Origin: Girardia tigrina
Taxonomy: Eukaryota
Reading direction: 5' to 3'
NCBI GenBank assembly: GCA_001938485.1
Contig: MQRK01230776.1
Coordinates: 10,558-74,557 of the forward strand
Length of the DNA stretch: 64,000 nt
Part shown: positions 51,411-64,000 of the stretch, in pieces
Layout: each line of letters opens with the position of its first letter
Position numbering within the stretch: position 1 is the stretch's first letter
The notes under the pieces: model-generated
What the model was told of the DNA's origin: nothing
What the model saw: only the letters and a program-made list of their open reading frames with translations
The model's database searches: none
Made by a program: the position numbers and the translations under genes

Positions 51411-52226
51411 CAGTGTACTCTCGATTAACCGTGCGCGGATTAACTGGTTTGCGGATTAACCGTGCCTGAAAATAAATATTTTTTAATAAAAATTTAGTTT
51501 GATTATTTTTTATATAAGACGATTTTAAGACGCATTAATGAATCGCGAATTAGTTATTTGTAGATTAGTTATTTTTTGTAATAACTATCAAAATATTTTA
51601 TTTTGTAATAACTACAAAATAACTAGCGAATTTTAAAGACGTGGATGAAGAAAATATAGAAGAATGGCTCAACCGTGATTTGAATGACCCCGGATTTCAA
51701 CGCATGGATGACCCTGAAATCGTTTCTCTTNNNNNNNNNNNNNNNNNNNNNNNNNNNNNNNNNNNNNNNNNNNNNNNNNNNNNNNNNNNNNNNNNNNNNN
51801 NNNNNNNATTAAATTGTATAGAAACACTATTAGAGTATGCTAATCAAAGGGGAACAGAATATAATAATATTATGGCTTTAAGGATATTTAGATGTGAAAT
51901 TAGAAATTCTTTAAAAAGACGTCAAAAACAAACAAAACTAATATTTTTTAATTTGTATATATATAAAACTATGTATATTTTTTTATATTTTGATGTTTTA
52001 TTGATGTTTCATTTTATGATTTATGATAAAATATTATATTTTTACTTATTTTTTTGGGTTTCTTGATAAATAATGAATATAAAAATAATGTGTTAAAAAT
52101 TTATGTTGTGTAGATGATATTGTATTCGAAAATAAAATAAAAATTTGATGATTCTGATTCATCGTGTTTCTCAATTAACCGTGTCCATCCTCCCCAGCAT
52201 TAGCCCGGATAATCGAGAGTGCACAG
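51411..52226 (+). mobile_element. Tigger/pogo internal-deletion derivative
   Basis: TIRs CAGTGTACTCTCGATTAACCG / CGGATAATCGAGAGTGCACAG; C-terminal peptide ENIEEWLNRD.NDPGFQRMDD.EIV...KQTKL. Confidence 0.85.
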
Positions 52227-55200
52227 CAGTTGCAAATTAATTAAATTAATTTGATTTTAAATTTCTCGTTTCTTTTGATTTTTTATTAAGAGAAATTCTT
52301 CTTCCGATTTAGCAAATTTGTTTTAGGAAATTTAGTTTCGATAATTTAGTTAAAAATTATGATTTAATTATTCGAAAGAAAACAAAAACGCTACAGTAAC
52401 TAAAGTGAAGCAAAAGTTAAAAATTTTTAAAAGATCATTGATGAAACAAAATCAAAAAAATTCATTTGCCTTTGAAGAAACAGCATTGTTTTTTTAATAT
52501 ATTCTTATATAATTTTCTAACATTGAAAAAGATCTTAAAAATTTTGATTCTTTGATCAAATTTTTTTACTGAAAAAAATTACAAATATTTTATTCTAATC
52601 AACTTAAGGCAAGGATCAATTTTAGAATAACTTCATAAATTTTGTCCAGGATAACGAGCGTATATTGAAATATCATTTGTATAAGTGTCATCAAGCTTAA
52701 CGTTAATATGTTTGTCATTATGGTTATTTAAAAGTTAACGAATGACGGTACAAAAAAGAAAGAATAAGAGTAATTGTTGAAGCTATGTTTTAAGAATATA
52801 TTATATATCAAAATATTTTATTTTTGCAAAAAATATGAAGGGAAAATATTCATCCATTAATTGAAAATCCAAAGAAAATAATTTGTAGATCGTTTCTAAA
52901 TTATTATTTTAAAATTTTATTCATACAAAAAATAATTAAATTATATNNNNNNNNNNNNNNNNNNNNNNNNNNNNNNNNNNNNNNNNNNNNNNNNNNNNNN
53001 NNNNNNNNNNNNNNNNNNNNNNATATATATATATATATATAATAAATTTATCCATTATTTTTAATTTAAATATTATTTAATACGGATATAAAATGTTCTA
53101 TTTTTAAAAATTATTTTATTTGAAAAATGTAATGAATGGATCTTTAAGGGTAAATTTTAATTTCTTTAACTAAAGAATTTACGAATTGAGACTTATTTGC
53201 TTTGAATATTTAGAATATTAATTAATGATTTTCATTGCCTTATCAATAAAGATTTACAGAAGTGGTGATCAAGTTGTGAATCAAAGCCCTTCTGTAGAAC
53301 AGACAAATCATTCTTTTAAAACTTACAATTTTAATTCTTACAATGCATCTAATTATCAAAAAACGTTTTTAAACAAGCAAATCAAAAGGTATAATCTCTT
53401 ATTAAAGGCTTACAATACAGAGAAGGCACTTAAAACTACTTTTGTTGGGGTATCTGAGTGATTATCAAAATTAAAATGGAAAATATCAAAACACGTAGAT
53501 TTTTAATAAAATATTTATTATCTATATAAAGATGTATACAATATTGTGAATAAATTTTAAGAACAACTTAACCTTATTTAAATGATTTTAGATATTGGGT
53601 AAAACGGAGAAACAATATTTTGCTTATTCCGAGATTGATTTTAGAAGATATATATATCAAATATGTTAACCAAAACATATAATTATATGATTTCACTTTT
53701 TGGCCTTATAGTACCTTTTTTAATGTTGGCTTTAGTTTGATAAGTAAATCTTTAGATGAACTGTAAAGTTTTAGCTGTTCCTTTTTTATCCGCTCAATCC
53801 GTTGATGGCCTTCCTTTTTATATTGGGGCACTTGCGTAGGTATTCACGCCTTTTGAATAATTTTATGTAAATTAGAATCTGGAATCACACGAGAATGCAA
53901 ATATGACCACACGTAGCTTATAATCGCACGATTATTATTGAAAAAATAATTAAGGTCAAATAATTAAGGTCTCGAACTCTAATACTTGGAAAAATAATTA
54001 GCGTTCTACTTTTGCTCTTTTTCTTCTTCCTTTTATAACTTTTTCTTACTTTCTTATTTTCTTATTTACTTTTCAAAATAATTTAATTATTTTTTTATGA
54101 TAAATATTTCCTGTTCTATTCTTAATTGTTTATTTTTTCTCTTCTTTCTAATTTGATTATTTATATATAAAATATATTTAATATTGTAAAAGGATAAATA
54201 AAGTTTTATTTTATCCATTAATAAAAACAAAAATTATTTTTTCAATACTTATGTTGGGTTATTGGTGTGAATTTATAAATGTTAACAAGAAAATTAAAAC
54301 AAAGTGTTTTTATTATTAATATTTATTTTTATAAACAAATATACAGGTCAAAAATAAAATTGATTTAAAAGAGTAAAATCAAACTTGATTTTTGNNNNNN
54401 NNNNNNNNNNNNNNNNNNNNNNNNNNNNNNNNNCAAGAAGGGATTTCCCTTACTCAGATTCAATTTATGATATATACGAATATATTAAATCAATATATAA
54501 AATTTATATGATTCGCCGTACTTATTCTTTTCTTTTCTCGACTTTGTAAATTCTTGAGTTTCGCTTTCCGTAGCCTTAATTGACTCTCCTTTTTATAGTC
54601 TCTTTTTCCTTTCGTGCAATTAGGCAATTTACTCTAAAACACCTGCTTGTCAACAAATATAATTAAAGCCAGGTGTTGTCTTTCACGAGNNNNNNNNNNN
54701 NNNNNNNNNNNNNNNNNNNNNNNNNNNNNNNNNNNNNNNNNNNNNNNNNNNNNNNNNNNNNNNNNNNNNNNNNNNNNNNNNNNNNNNNNNNNNNNNNNNN
54801 NNNNNNNNNNNNNNNNNNNNNNNNNNNNNNNNNNNNNNNNNNNNNNNNNNNNNNNNNNNNNNNNNNNNNNNNTTTATTTATCTTTTAAATTAAATTATTT
54901 CTTCTTTACATATAAATAATTCCTTATTTATCTTAACATATTTATCTTTCAAAAATCTTTCAAAATTATTTTATTGCCTTTATTTATATATAAATAACAT
55001 TTAATATGATAAAAGGGTAAATAAATTTTATTATACCCACTTAATTAAAACAAATACATAATTAAAATATTTGTATTTTTTAATACTTTTACAATACGTT
55101 TTCTATACCTCAACAGCTCATTGCCTTTAGTTTGGCCACAAAAAAGTAATTAAAGTGTCGTTCTCATGTTTTCCTTAGTAGTAGGCTTTGAAATTTGCTA

Positions 55201-55952
55201 CATCTAAATGCAAATAGAAAGTGGGTTTTCGCCTAGTAGGCTTTGATAATTCAGTCAAAAAATGTGGGAAGTGTGTGAAATAGATACAGAACCGCAAATA
55301 TATGACAAATTATAAAAGCTTGTACACCAAAAATTTTTTTGGTATGATATTTATTCGATACTTAATTTCAAGTATATTATATATCAAGTTTATTTAAATT
55401 ACAAAAAAATATTTTTTTGAATTTGCCAAGGGATGGAATCACTTGTAGGAGAAAGATTATTTTGTTGGCGTATCTAGGTGATCTTTATAATTTTTGATTA
55501 AAAAGAAAATAAAATGTGGCTTTGTTAAAAATATTTATTTATTATTCACAGTTATGATTACAGAAGAGTTTAAAAGCCTAAACATTATATTTCGATTTTG
55601 TATTTTGAATAATTATGGAAATATAATATACTTGCCCTAAATAATTTTAAATATATAAAAGATATAATTATTAAAATATTTAATATTATATCTCGTACTT
55701 TCAATATCAGGTGTAGTTTTTTTTTAATTTCGTTTTTTCCTTTTTTCAATATTAGTTCTTTTTTTATTTATTGCTGCACTTAAATTTATAGAACTCTTGT
55801 TGTAATTATCCAAAACGACTTCAGAAATAAATAATTTCCTCTTTCGATTAAAATATTTTTTGTATCATGACAATTTTGTGTATTGTGAAAATTGGCCATA
55901 CAACATCTGTATAATGGATATTGTTGAATTTTCGTTGGAATTTTCTGTTGAA

Positions 55953-56375
55953 TCATTTGTGACATGTATTGTTTGAATATATTCTTTTTCTAATTGGTGA
56001 AAGGAACCTGATGTTGATTATGATCATTGAAAAATTCTTCAAAGCTGGTGATCGCAGAGTGGCAGGTTGAGCGCGGCAGCCACACCCAGAGTTTTTCAAA
56101 TCGTGCCCTGTTGTTGTTTTCTGGATATCGAAATGTTTATCGAAATTTACTGTCCAATCACCAATTTTGGCTCTAAAGAGGGCCGTATTTCCTTCGCAAA
56201 TTTCTGCTTTCTCAGCTGAATATCCCAGTAGCGGCAGTACCACTCCCGTCTGCTGCAGTAAGAATTCTGTGATTTATCTTTCATCTTCGGTTTTCGATTC
56301 GGGAATTGATAGAGATATTAAAAGTTCTTGAATTTTCTTTAATTTCGATTTTAATGTCGTTCGAGCCGACTTCTC
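55953..56375 (-). pseudogene. Unknown gene-family fragment homologous to the module fused to tubulin at 38530-38796
   Basis: CEGNTALFRAKIGDW...GCGCRAQPAT vs CERNTVLLRTTIDDW...ECGCRQPPAT; one in-frame stop upstream. Confidence 0.55.
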
Positions 56376-57007
56376 CTATATCAAATAAGAAGCAGTGCTT
56401 CGCGCACTCATATCGCCGATTCAATGTTCGTCTTTTTTACTTTAGATTTCTCTAAAATTCTCCGATTCGATTTCGTTGGACGAGATTCAATTTTCCTTTA
56501 TTCTTTTTACTTTCAACAACGATAAGAAAAACCAATGAAAAAAATCAATATTGCTTAGTAATTTTTATTAGATATGAAAACTGTATGATAAATATTGCAG
56601 TAAAACAATGCCGATAATAAAAAAATAATTAAAAATTTCAAATAATAATTAAATTTTTTTTATAATTTACATTTTTCCATTTACAAAAACCAAATTAACC
56701 AATACATAAAATTTCCAAACTCAAAATTTTTTAATTTATTTTTTTTATATTCTCAAAAAGCTGGATTGGCATACAACTTCACATTTTGGACAGATGAAAT
56801 ACTCAATTGAATTAAATAGGTATTTACAGTAATTGTAGACATTGCAATTCTAAGAAAATACAAATTAATAAATGTGCGGAGCTCAAATAAAAAGTCACCA
56901 TTTTCGTAATTAGGATTTCGAAATAATGACCAAATGCTTTGATATCACGATATCTTATAACGTTTATTACATTTATTTTAATTGATGCATTAAAACAAAG
57001 AGACATA

Positions 57008-58490
57008 TACTGGTCGTCAAAATGATTAACGCAAACAACTTTTTGGGGATAATTATTTTTCCTTTGAAATATTTTTATTCTGCCAATATAAATTATTTTC
57101 CTTATTCAAGTACTTATTATTATATTAATATTTTTTCTTTTAATTTTGATTTGTTTAAATAATATTTGAATATTTATCACTTAGGCGGTTTTTTAAAACG
57201 TCAAAATGAATAACGCAAATTTATTTATTTAATTATTTCATTGAAATTTGTTAATTTTATTAAAGTTTATATATTATTTAAGTGATACATTTTTTTATTT
57301 TTTTTTGCTAAATCGTTATGTGAGACTGGAAAAATCTAAAACGAAATCGGAAATATTTTAAATGTTACTCGACATGCTGCTCGTGGTTTATGGGTTAATA
57401 TATCAAGGTCTCATCCTAAGAAAACTGGTAGAAAAGAATTATTACAAAAAAAGACAAATTGAAGATAAAACGATGTGTTTCAAGATTAATTGATGAAAAA
57501 ACGAAAGTAAATTCCTCAAAAATTAAACAAGAATGCGAACTAAATGTATCTACGTCTGCAGTACAACATTGTATGAGAAAGATAGGTTATAGATATAAGA
57601 AGGCGAAAACACAAATTGTTTTATCTTCGATGCATAAAAGAAAGAGAATTGAATACATAACCAATTGGATTTCCAATAATCACCCATGGGAAATCACTGT
57701 ATTTTCCGAAGAAAAGAGATTCTGCCTTGATGGTCCTGATTGCTGGTACTCATATAGCATAGATTCAGTTACATTGATTAGACCTAAGAGACAATGCGGG
57801 GGTGGAAGTTTAATGTTGTGGCTGATGGTCCTCCCGAATGGATTATTATCATATAGGGTTATTGAAGGAATTTTTAAAGCTAAGAGTTACGAAGCCTTAT
57901 TATGTGAAATAATTAAGTTAAACCTAGGGTCGAATTACTATTTTCAAGAGAACAATTGTTCAATCCACAAATCAAAGGCAATTAAGTCCTTTATGTTAAA
58001 TAGTGATATAAAAGTTCTAGAATGGCCATCAAAAAGTCCCGATATTAACATTGTAGAGTACATATGGAAAATGATTTCTGATACGGTTTATGACGGCGCA
58101 TCCTTTAGAAATAAATCTGAATTACTAAGTGTCATTAATAAATGTATTTTTGATTTAAATTCATGTAAAAAGGATATAATAAAAAAGTTATATGAAACAT
58201 TTCGAAAACGTTTAGCCACCATATTTTGTAAAAACGGTGGATTGTACAATAAAATGTAGCTTATGTTAATAAAATTAGTTTGCGTTATTCATTTTGACGT
58301 TTTAAAAAATCGCCTAAGTGATAAATATTCAAATATTATTTAAACAAAGCAAAATTAAAAGAAAAAATATTAATATAATAATAAGTATTTGAATAAGGAA
58401 AATAATTTATGTTGGCAGAATAAAAATATTTCAAAGGAAAAATAATTATCACTAAAAAGTTGTTTGCGTTAATCATTTTGACGACCAGTA
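57008..58490 (+). mobile_element. Tc1-like DD34E element with 212-bp IR-DR type TIRs
   Basis: TIRs 57008-57219 / 58279-58490, each with two CGTCAAAATGA(T/A)TAACGCAAA repeats; TA flanks; transposase 57459-58259 (VFSEEKRF, FQENNCSIH, SPDINIVE, 34 spacing). Confidence 0.95.
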
Positions 58491-58950
58491 TATATAACAA
58501 GATTTATTAACACAACGATACAACTTGCATCAACAATTAAATACAATGAATTTCTTACAATTTCCATATTGCATAATTTTTGCAATCTTTTTCTTTTTTA
58601 CCTTGTATGAATATTTTGATAAATGACCTAGTATAATTAGATAAGTCCATTGTTGGTTTTTCAAGACCCATAAAATCTCTGAATTTTAATCCATCATCTG
58701 AGCAAAAATATTGTTCTCTATGTTCACTTAGCTTTCTATCTGGTATTGTTCCAACTTCTTGTAGAGCAATATTCAAAAGATCATAATTGCGATCACTAAT
58801 GTCCTTTACATGATAGCTAAATTTGCTCTTTCTAACATATACTGGATCCCTCAATTTAATCGATGTTGGATATTTGAAAAAGTTAATCTGATATCCTCTA
58901 TATGTTGTTGAATTAGAAATCCATGTTGAAGAAATTTTTTTTGGAATATC

Positions 58951-59784
58951 TGTTACGCTAGAGACTCAGAACAAATCCGCAGGGAACCCTTCTCCCCACC
59001 CGAGGCCCATGTGCCCGGGACCGCCAGTGAAAGTTGTGAGGATAGTCAAACTCGACTATCCTCATTTAGGTGTAAGATTGGTCCCGGGCGTGCAGAGCAA
59101 AGGACGTGGAGAGGGCTCCTTGTGCTTTGTCCTATCCCTTTTGATTGGCCCCGACTAGTGAAGAGGCTTCCACAACCCCAAAAGACTTTTTAGAAACCCT
59201 GAAAAGAACAAAATTAATTAAGAATCTTGATTAATTAAAAAATTTTACCAAAAGTCCATTTGAACGCGACAAACGAAAAACCGTGCCTCGAAAATAATCC
59301 TTTGATCCTGAATGAGCTTCGGGATGATAAACAATCCGCAGGCATTCTAAATGGAAAAAAATATTAACGAATGTTTATACAATAAAATAAACATCCGTTG
59401 GTCTACGCGCCGACATAACCTAAAGTAACAACACAGAACGTTGTCCGAATCCAAAAACATAAACAGGACGCTTTGAGTCCCTGTAGGGTATAAATACCCG
59501 AAACGACAAAAACAATTCACACAATTAATATAATTAAAACAATTAACAATTAACAGAATTAAAACAATTTATTATTATTGATATTAACAATTCTTTGTTC
59601 GCACTACATTTTAACGAAGTCGAAAATTATACGAAGAATTAATTTGTATCAAGAGAGTTACCCGAAGAATTAATTTGTATCAAGCGAATTATACGAAGAA
59701 TTATTTGCCAAAAATTTACACTTTTATAGTTACGGAGCTGACGCAATTGGAGAATTCTTAAAGGTATACTCGCTGTTTGTTACA
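58951..59784 (+). mobile_element. Probable solo LTR (family B)
   Basis: TGTTAC...GTTACA termini, GC-rich U3-like part, GGGTATAAATACCC TATA box at ~59486, internal tandem repeat 59632-59705; no matching TSD. Confidence 0.55.
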
Positions 59785-60278
59785 TAAATTTTTATTTCCT
59801 CTAATAAAATTCCCTGTTATATGCTATATTGTTTCCATAAATAATTATTTTCGGTTAATTATTATTTTATTGTTGTCTCAATTAAATACTTGTTTTCATG
59901 TGTTGTTGTTTTATTATTGACGTACTTGATTAAAATATCTTATCACAATTGATTTTTGATTGCTATTTTACCATTAAAATTTGATTAAAATACCCAACTT
60001 CACCATTGTTATCTCAATTCAAGTATTCGGATAATATGACAAAGCATGTAGAGTGGGAAGGTCTTCTCGAAATAACGACCGGAGAGTGCGGGGACCGGGA
60101 TTGCGAGTACGGTTCACCTCCGCATCCAAGGGATCGAGCGAGAGGGTCCTTGGATTCGGACGTGTAAACGAGTCGTAAAACGTTGTAGATAATTGTAAAT
60201 AACTTTAGAACAATGACTTTACGATTAATTTAATTAAAAATTTTTTTATTTTTATTTTATTTACTTTATTTTCCCTTT

Positions 60279-61911
60279 TGTTGATATTTTGGTAAAGATA
60301 ATTTGAATAAAAACTTTATCTTAGGTAAACAAAATGAAGAATAATTTATATTTATTATTCGAAATAAGAAACATACATTGACTGGAATAACATAAATAAA
60401 AAAAATAAAAATATAAATTAGTAACAGTATCAAGTGTGGAGATTTCGTTTTTATTTGTTAATGACGAATAAAGCGATTTCATTTCATGATTCGATTTCAT
60501 TTCATTTTTGTGGCGTTTCCTTGATACCAGACTAATAATCCATAAATTGAAATTGGTATTAATATAACGAACCAAATTGATAATATAAACACTGTACATT
60601 GTAAATAAATATGTTAATTCGTTAATAGTAGAATTTGATCCACTGACCACTTTAATATTATTCATCAAATGGTTTTGTAAGGAAAGTACTTTGACAGATA
60701 AAGTCCAGCAGGTGATAACTATCGTGTAAATATTTTTTTTTGAAGAAGAAAACACTCAGGATAGTAGGTCTGTTATCCTGATTTAAACATAAACAGATCA
60801 ACGATATAATTGTAAGGTAAATATAATCAATCATCAAAACTAACGAATTACGACTTCTTAAGTGTTTGAATGAGCCTGAGACAATGTGGATTATTCATTA
60901 AACAAAATAGTGTGGGTTTATAGGAAATCATCAATATCGATCATAATCCGTTAGTCTTAGTCATTAAAGTTTAAGGAGCTTTGGAAGAAATGTACACCTT
61001 TTCATTCCTAATTATGTTCTATGTACTGGAAATATTTCGATGACTGGAACAAATTTGAAACAAAAAGAATTTGCAGAGGAAATTGATAACAAAAGCTGTT
61101 ATACACCATAAATATTTTTGACTTTCGAACCGAATTATTTTACATTGAACACGACAGGATGTCTAAACTTGCATGTCACAACTATAAATAAATTTAAGAG
61201 GTGGAGAATCCTATGTACAAGTACCGAAAAGTGAACCAAGCCTGTTACATAACAGTAACGTAAAATAAACAAAGTTAATATCTTTGTAAAAGCGGATTTC
61301 GACAAAACTCTCTTATTTTAATTTTAACAGTGACTTGTGATTCTTTTCCTTTTGCTTGGTGTCGCGCTGCGCATCCAATCAATAATTTTAGTCCTCAAGA
61401 GGACTTTTTCTCGTTCTCTTTCTTTGGCATACATAAGGGAATTCTGTACTGATGATAACGAACATGAATTCTTGAAAATCCGGGAATACTCCCGAAGATT
61501 ACTAATTAATTTCTTATTATCCGTATCATTTACAAGGGAATTAGTAAAGTTTAAATGCTTTCGCCAGTCTTTTGGTGATATAAAACTGATGAATAGTTTT
61601 TCTTTGGAGATTGATTCAAAATTATCCGATTTAACGGATTCTTTAATCATAAATTNNNNNNNNNNNNNNNNNNNNNNNNNNNNNNNNNNNNNNNNNNNNN
61701 NNNNNNNNNNNNNNNNNNNNNNNNNNNNNNNNNNNNNNNNNNNNNNNNNNNNNNNNNNNNNNNNNNNNNNNNNNNNNNNNNNNNNNNNNNNNNNNNNNNN
61801 NNNNNNNNNNNNNNNNNNNNNNNNNNNNNNNNNNNNNNNNNNNNNNNNNNNNNNNNNNNNNNNNNNNNNNNNNNNNNNNNNNNNNNNNNNNNNNGTAAAT
61901 TATTTCAACCA
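60279..61911 (-). repeat. Candidate 3' LTR of the Bel/Pao element
   Basis: Minus-strand PPT GGGGGGAGAAA (61912-61922) directly before TGGTTGAAAT; far end inferred from ...AATATCAACA at 60279. Confidence 0.45.
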
Positions 61912-64000
61912 TTTCTCCCCCCATTGACCGAACTTAAGCTAATTTATATATATATTTTTTTAATATTATTTTATTTATTATTTTAGCTTTTATTTTATTT
62001 TTTTTGTAATTAAAATTTTTTTACGTAATTTCTTTTACAAGAGATTTCTCCAACTTTCCCAGGATCTATTCCAGAACTCCTAGTTAGCGGCCACTTTCTA
62101 TTTTTCTTTTTTATAATATTAATTTTATCCAAACACTTCAAACCACGGAAACATTTTGATTTACAAACAGTCGATTATTGTTTAAATTTTTAATACAATT
62201 TTATTTATACTTTCCTCACATTATGAAAGTCATGAAAGAACTTTCGTTTTGAGATAAAGAAGTTCTTCTTGTGGAACCGTTCTACTTTTTTCTTTCTCTT
62301 TTTCCAACTCTCCATCCGTCGGAACACTGGATCAATTTTCTTTCTAGTTTTCCAATTTTTCAATCCGTAATCAATAACTTTTGATTGATCTAAAGTACTC
62401 GATGATGAAGTAACAGATTTGACGTATTCTATCCATTTGTTAATCCCATAGATTTTTGAATCCTTCCTTCGATATTCTATCACACCTAAATTCTCTCGTT
62501 GTTTCTCCACTCTCAGAATGAGTGTATCCGTTGAACAGAATTTTTTATTTTCAAACATTAATCCTTTACGAAGGTTTGTCCGTGACTTTTGGCTTACTTT
62601 TGGTATCTTATTTACCATTATTATTTCTCTTTTATTTTTACACGTTTTATTTTTATTTCTGTTCGAATACCTTCATTTGAGTTTTGCTCTTCTTTTGATA
62701 CATCATTTATTCCTTCTACAAAAAAGATTCTTAGTTTATTTTTTGAATTTTGCATTTTTTTCTTTTAACCCATTTTTCTCTATTTACTTTGTTGTGTTTC
62801 ATTATTTTTAAACCAAGTTTCTCTTCTGTTAAAGTTCTTTCCAATGACATATCCAATTGTTTTAGTTTCAACTTTTGATTTTTAATTTTTTCATATTCTA
62901 TTTCTTTTACTTTGAGCGCTACTTTTTCATCCTTCAACATTTTAATTTCCTTTTCTTTTTCAGTAACTCTATTTTCTAATTCCACATGAGATACTTTAAT
63001 TTTAGCATTTTCATATTGATATTTTTCTAATTCAGTATTTAATTCTTGTACTGTATAATTAGCGTAAAATAATTTTCTTATCAGATCATCGTCTCTCTTT
63101 TGTAACTCTTTTTGCATTGTTTGATATTCAGTTAATTCTCCTTGAAAATTACTATCTATTTCTATTATTTCATTTTCCTTGTCTTCCAAACTTTTTCCCA
63201 TTTGTTTAATTGTTTCTTCTCCATTTTCCAAAAGTATTTTCGTTTTCTCCAATTCTTTATATATTTTGACACAATCTTCAATTGTTGATTTTGATTCCTT
63301 TCTTCGAATTTCGATTTCTTTTTCTAAATTTTCCTTTTCTGATTTCATTTCCGATATTTGCTTTGCATTTCCGTTCAATATTTCACAATTTTTCAGCTGA
63401 TTTTTATTTTCATAGTTTTCACAATACAAATTATCGTATATTTTACCACTATATATCAGTTTGTTGGTTGACTCTTCAATTTCTTGTTCTTTGTTTTTCA
63501 ATTGTATCTTGAGACTTTTTACCGGAACAAACTGATATTTTAGTTCATTAAATTCTTTAGTTTTAATTTCAAGTTCTTCATCAATTTCCCAAAAATACAT
63601 TGGAATGCGTTCCGCAATCATCTCATCATCAATTTGTTGTGACACTCCAAATTTAGTAACAACTTTTTCTTTCATATCCCCATGAACTTTTCCAACAACA
63701 GTCCATCCCAACACGGTTCTTCTGGCTATTGGATGAGAGATATCACCGATTTTTTCCTCCAAAAGAGTTATGCAAATACGGATAATCTAAACCAATTAAA
63801 ACTTGTACGATTTCATCTTTATTTATTTTTGTGAAATGTATGTCCCGTAAATGTCTCCAATTCTTTGATTCTTTTCCCCAATTTATTGTAGTCACTCCAT
63901 CAATCACTTTTTTAACAACTAGTGGCTGGAATTTAAACGTCTCGTGTAGTTCAATTCCCTTTATCATTGAAGATACTCTTTCTGTTCGCACTATTTCTTC
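61912..64000 (-). mobile_element. Bel/Pao LTR retrotransposon derivative (protease, coiled coil, post-integrase remnant, PPT); continues beyond window
   Basis: WRHLRDIHF...VQVLIGLDY...PIARRTVLGWTVVG and FWEIDE (Pao protease region); RKWPLTR...PGKVG at ~62050-62100 (cf. DUF5641 KWPLGRV..PGKDG). Confidence 0.8.

Noticed and set aside
53540-55100. Two related LTR-like blocks with minus-strand TATAAAAAGG
   Set aside because: Boundaries and TSDs could not be fixed and part is N-masked

Overview
Very AT-rich eukaryotic genomic DNA, metazoan because it contains a Van Gogh/Strabismus gene, and dominated by decayed transposable elements. All assignments come from manual motif recognition; no searches were run. 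Host-like genes: the last two coding exons of a divergent Vang-like planar-cell-polarity gene (20314-21172, 49-bp intron, ends ETSV*) and an intact ~461-aa ORF built of about six tandem transposase-type helix-turn-helix modules with no catalytic domain (48942-50327). Mobile DNA includes a full-length Ty3/gypsy element with 87-bp AGT...ACT LTRs and an AAAAG TSD (23559-28032), a related truncated element (35359-~37765), and a Bel/Pao derivative in which a coiled coil occupies the place of RT/RH/IN. It also includes solo LTRs, Tc1 (DD34E, IR-DR), rosa/DD41D, maT/mariner, pogo/Tigger, hAT (CGGBP1-type and hATm-like), Chapaev-like, Helentron-like, RTE and Penelope-like (minimal hammerhead) remnants. 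The most unusual observations are the multi-HTH gene and a minus-strand cassette of gene fragments abutting the broken RT of the second gypsy element. That cassette has a beta-tubulin N-terminus fused in frame to an unknown module that recurs at ~56 kb, followed by a ubiquitin-like domain. The short-LTR gypsy pair sharing an AAAAG flank and a possible ~5-kb LTR-like unit carrying its own ORF are also notable. No rRNA, tRNA or CRISPR array was recognised.
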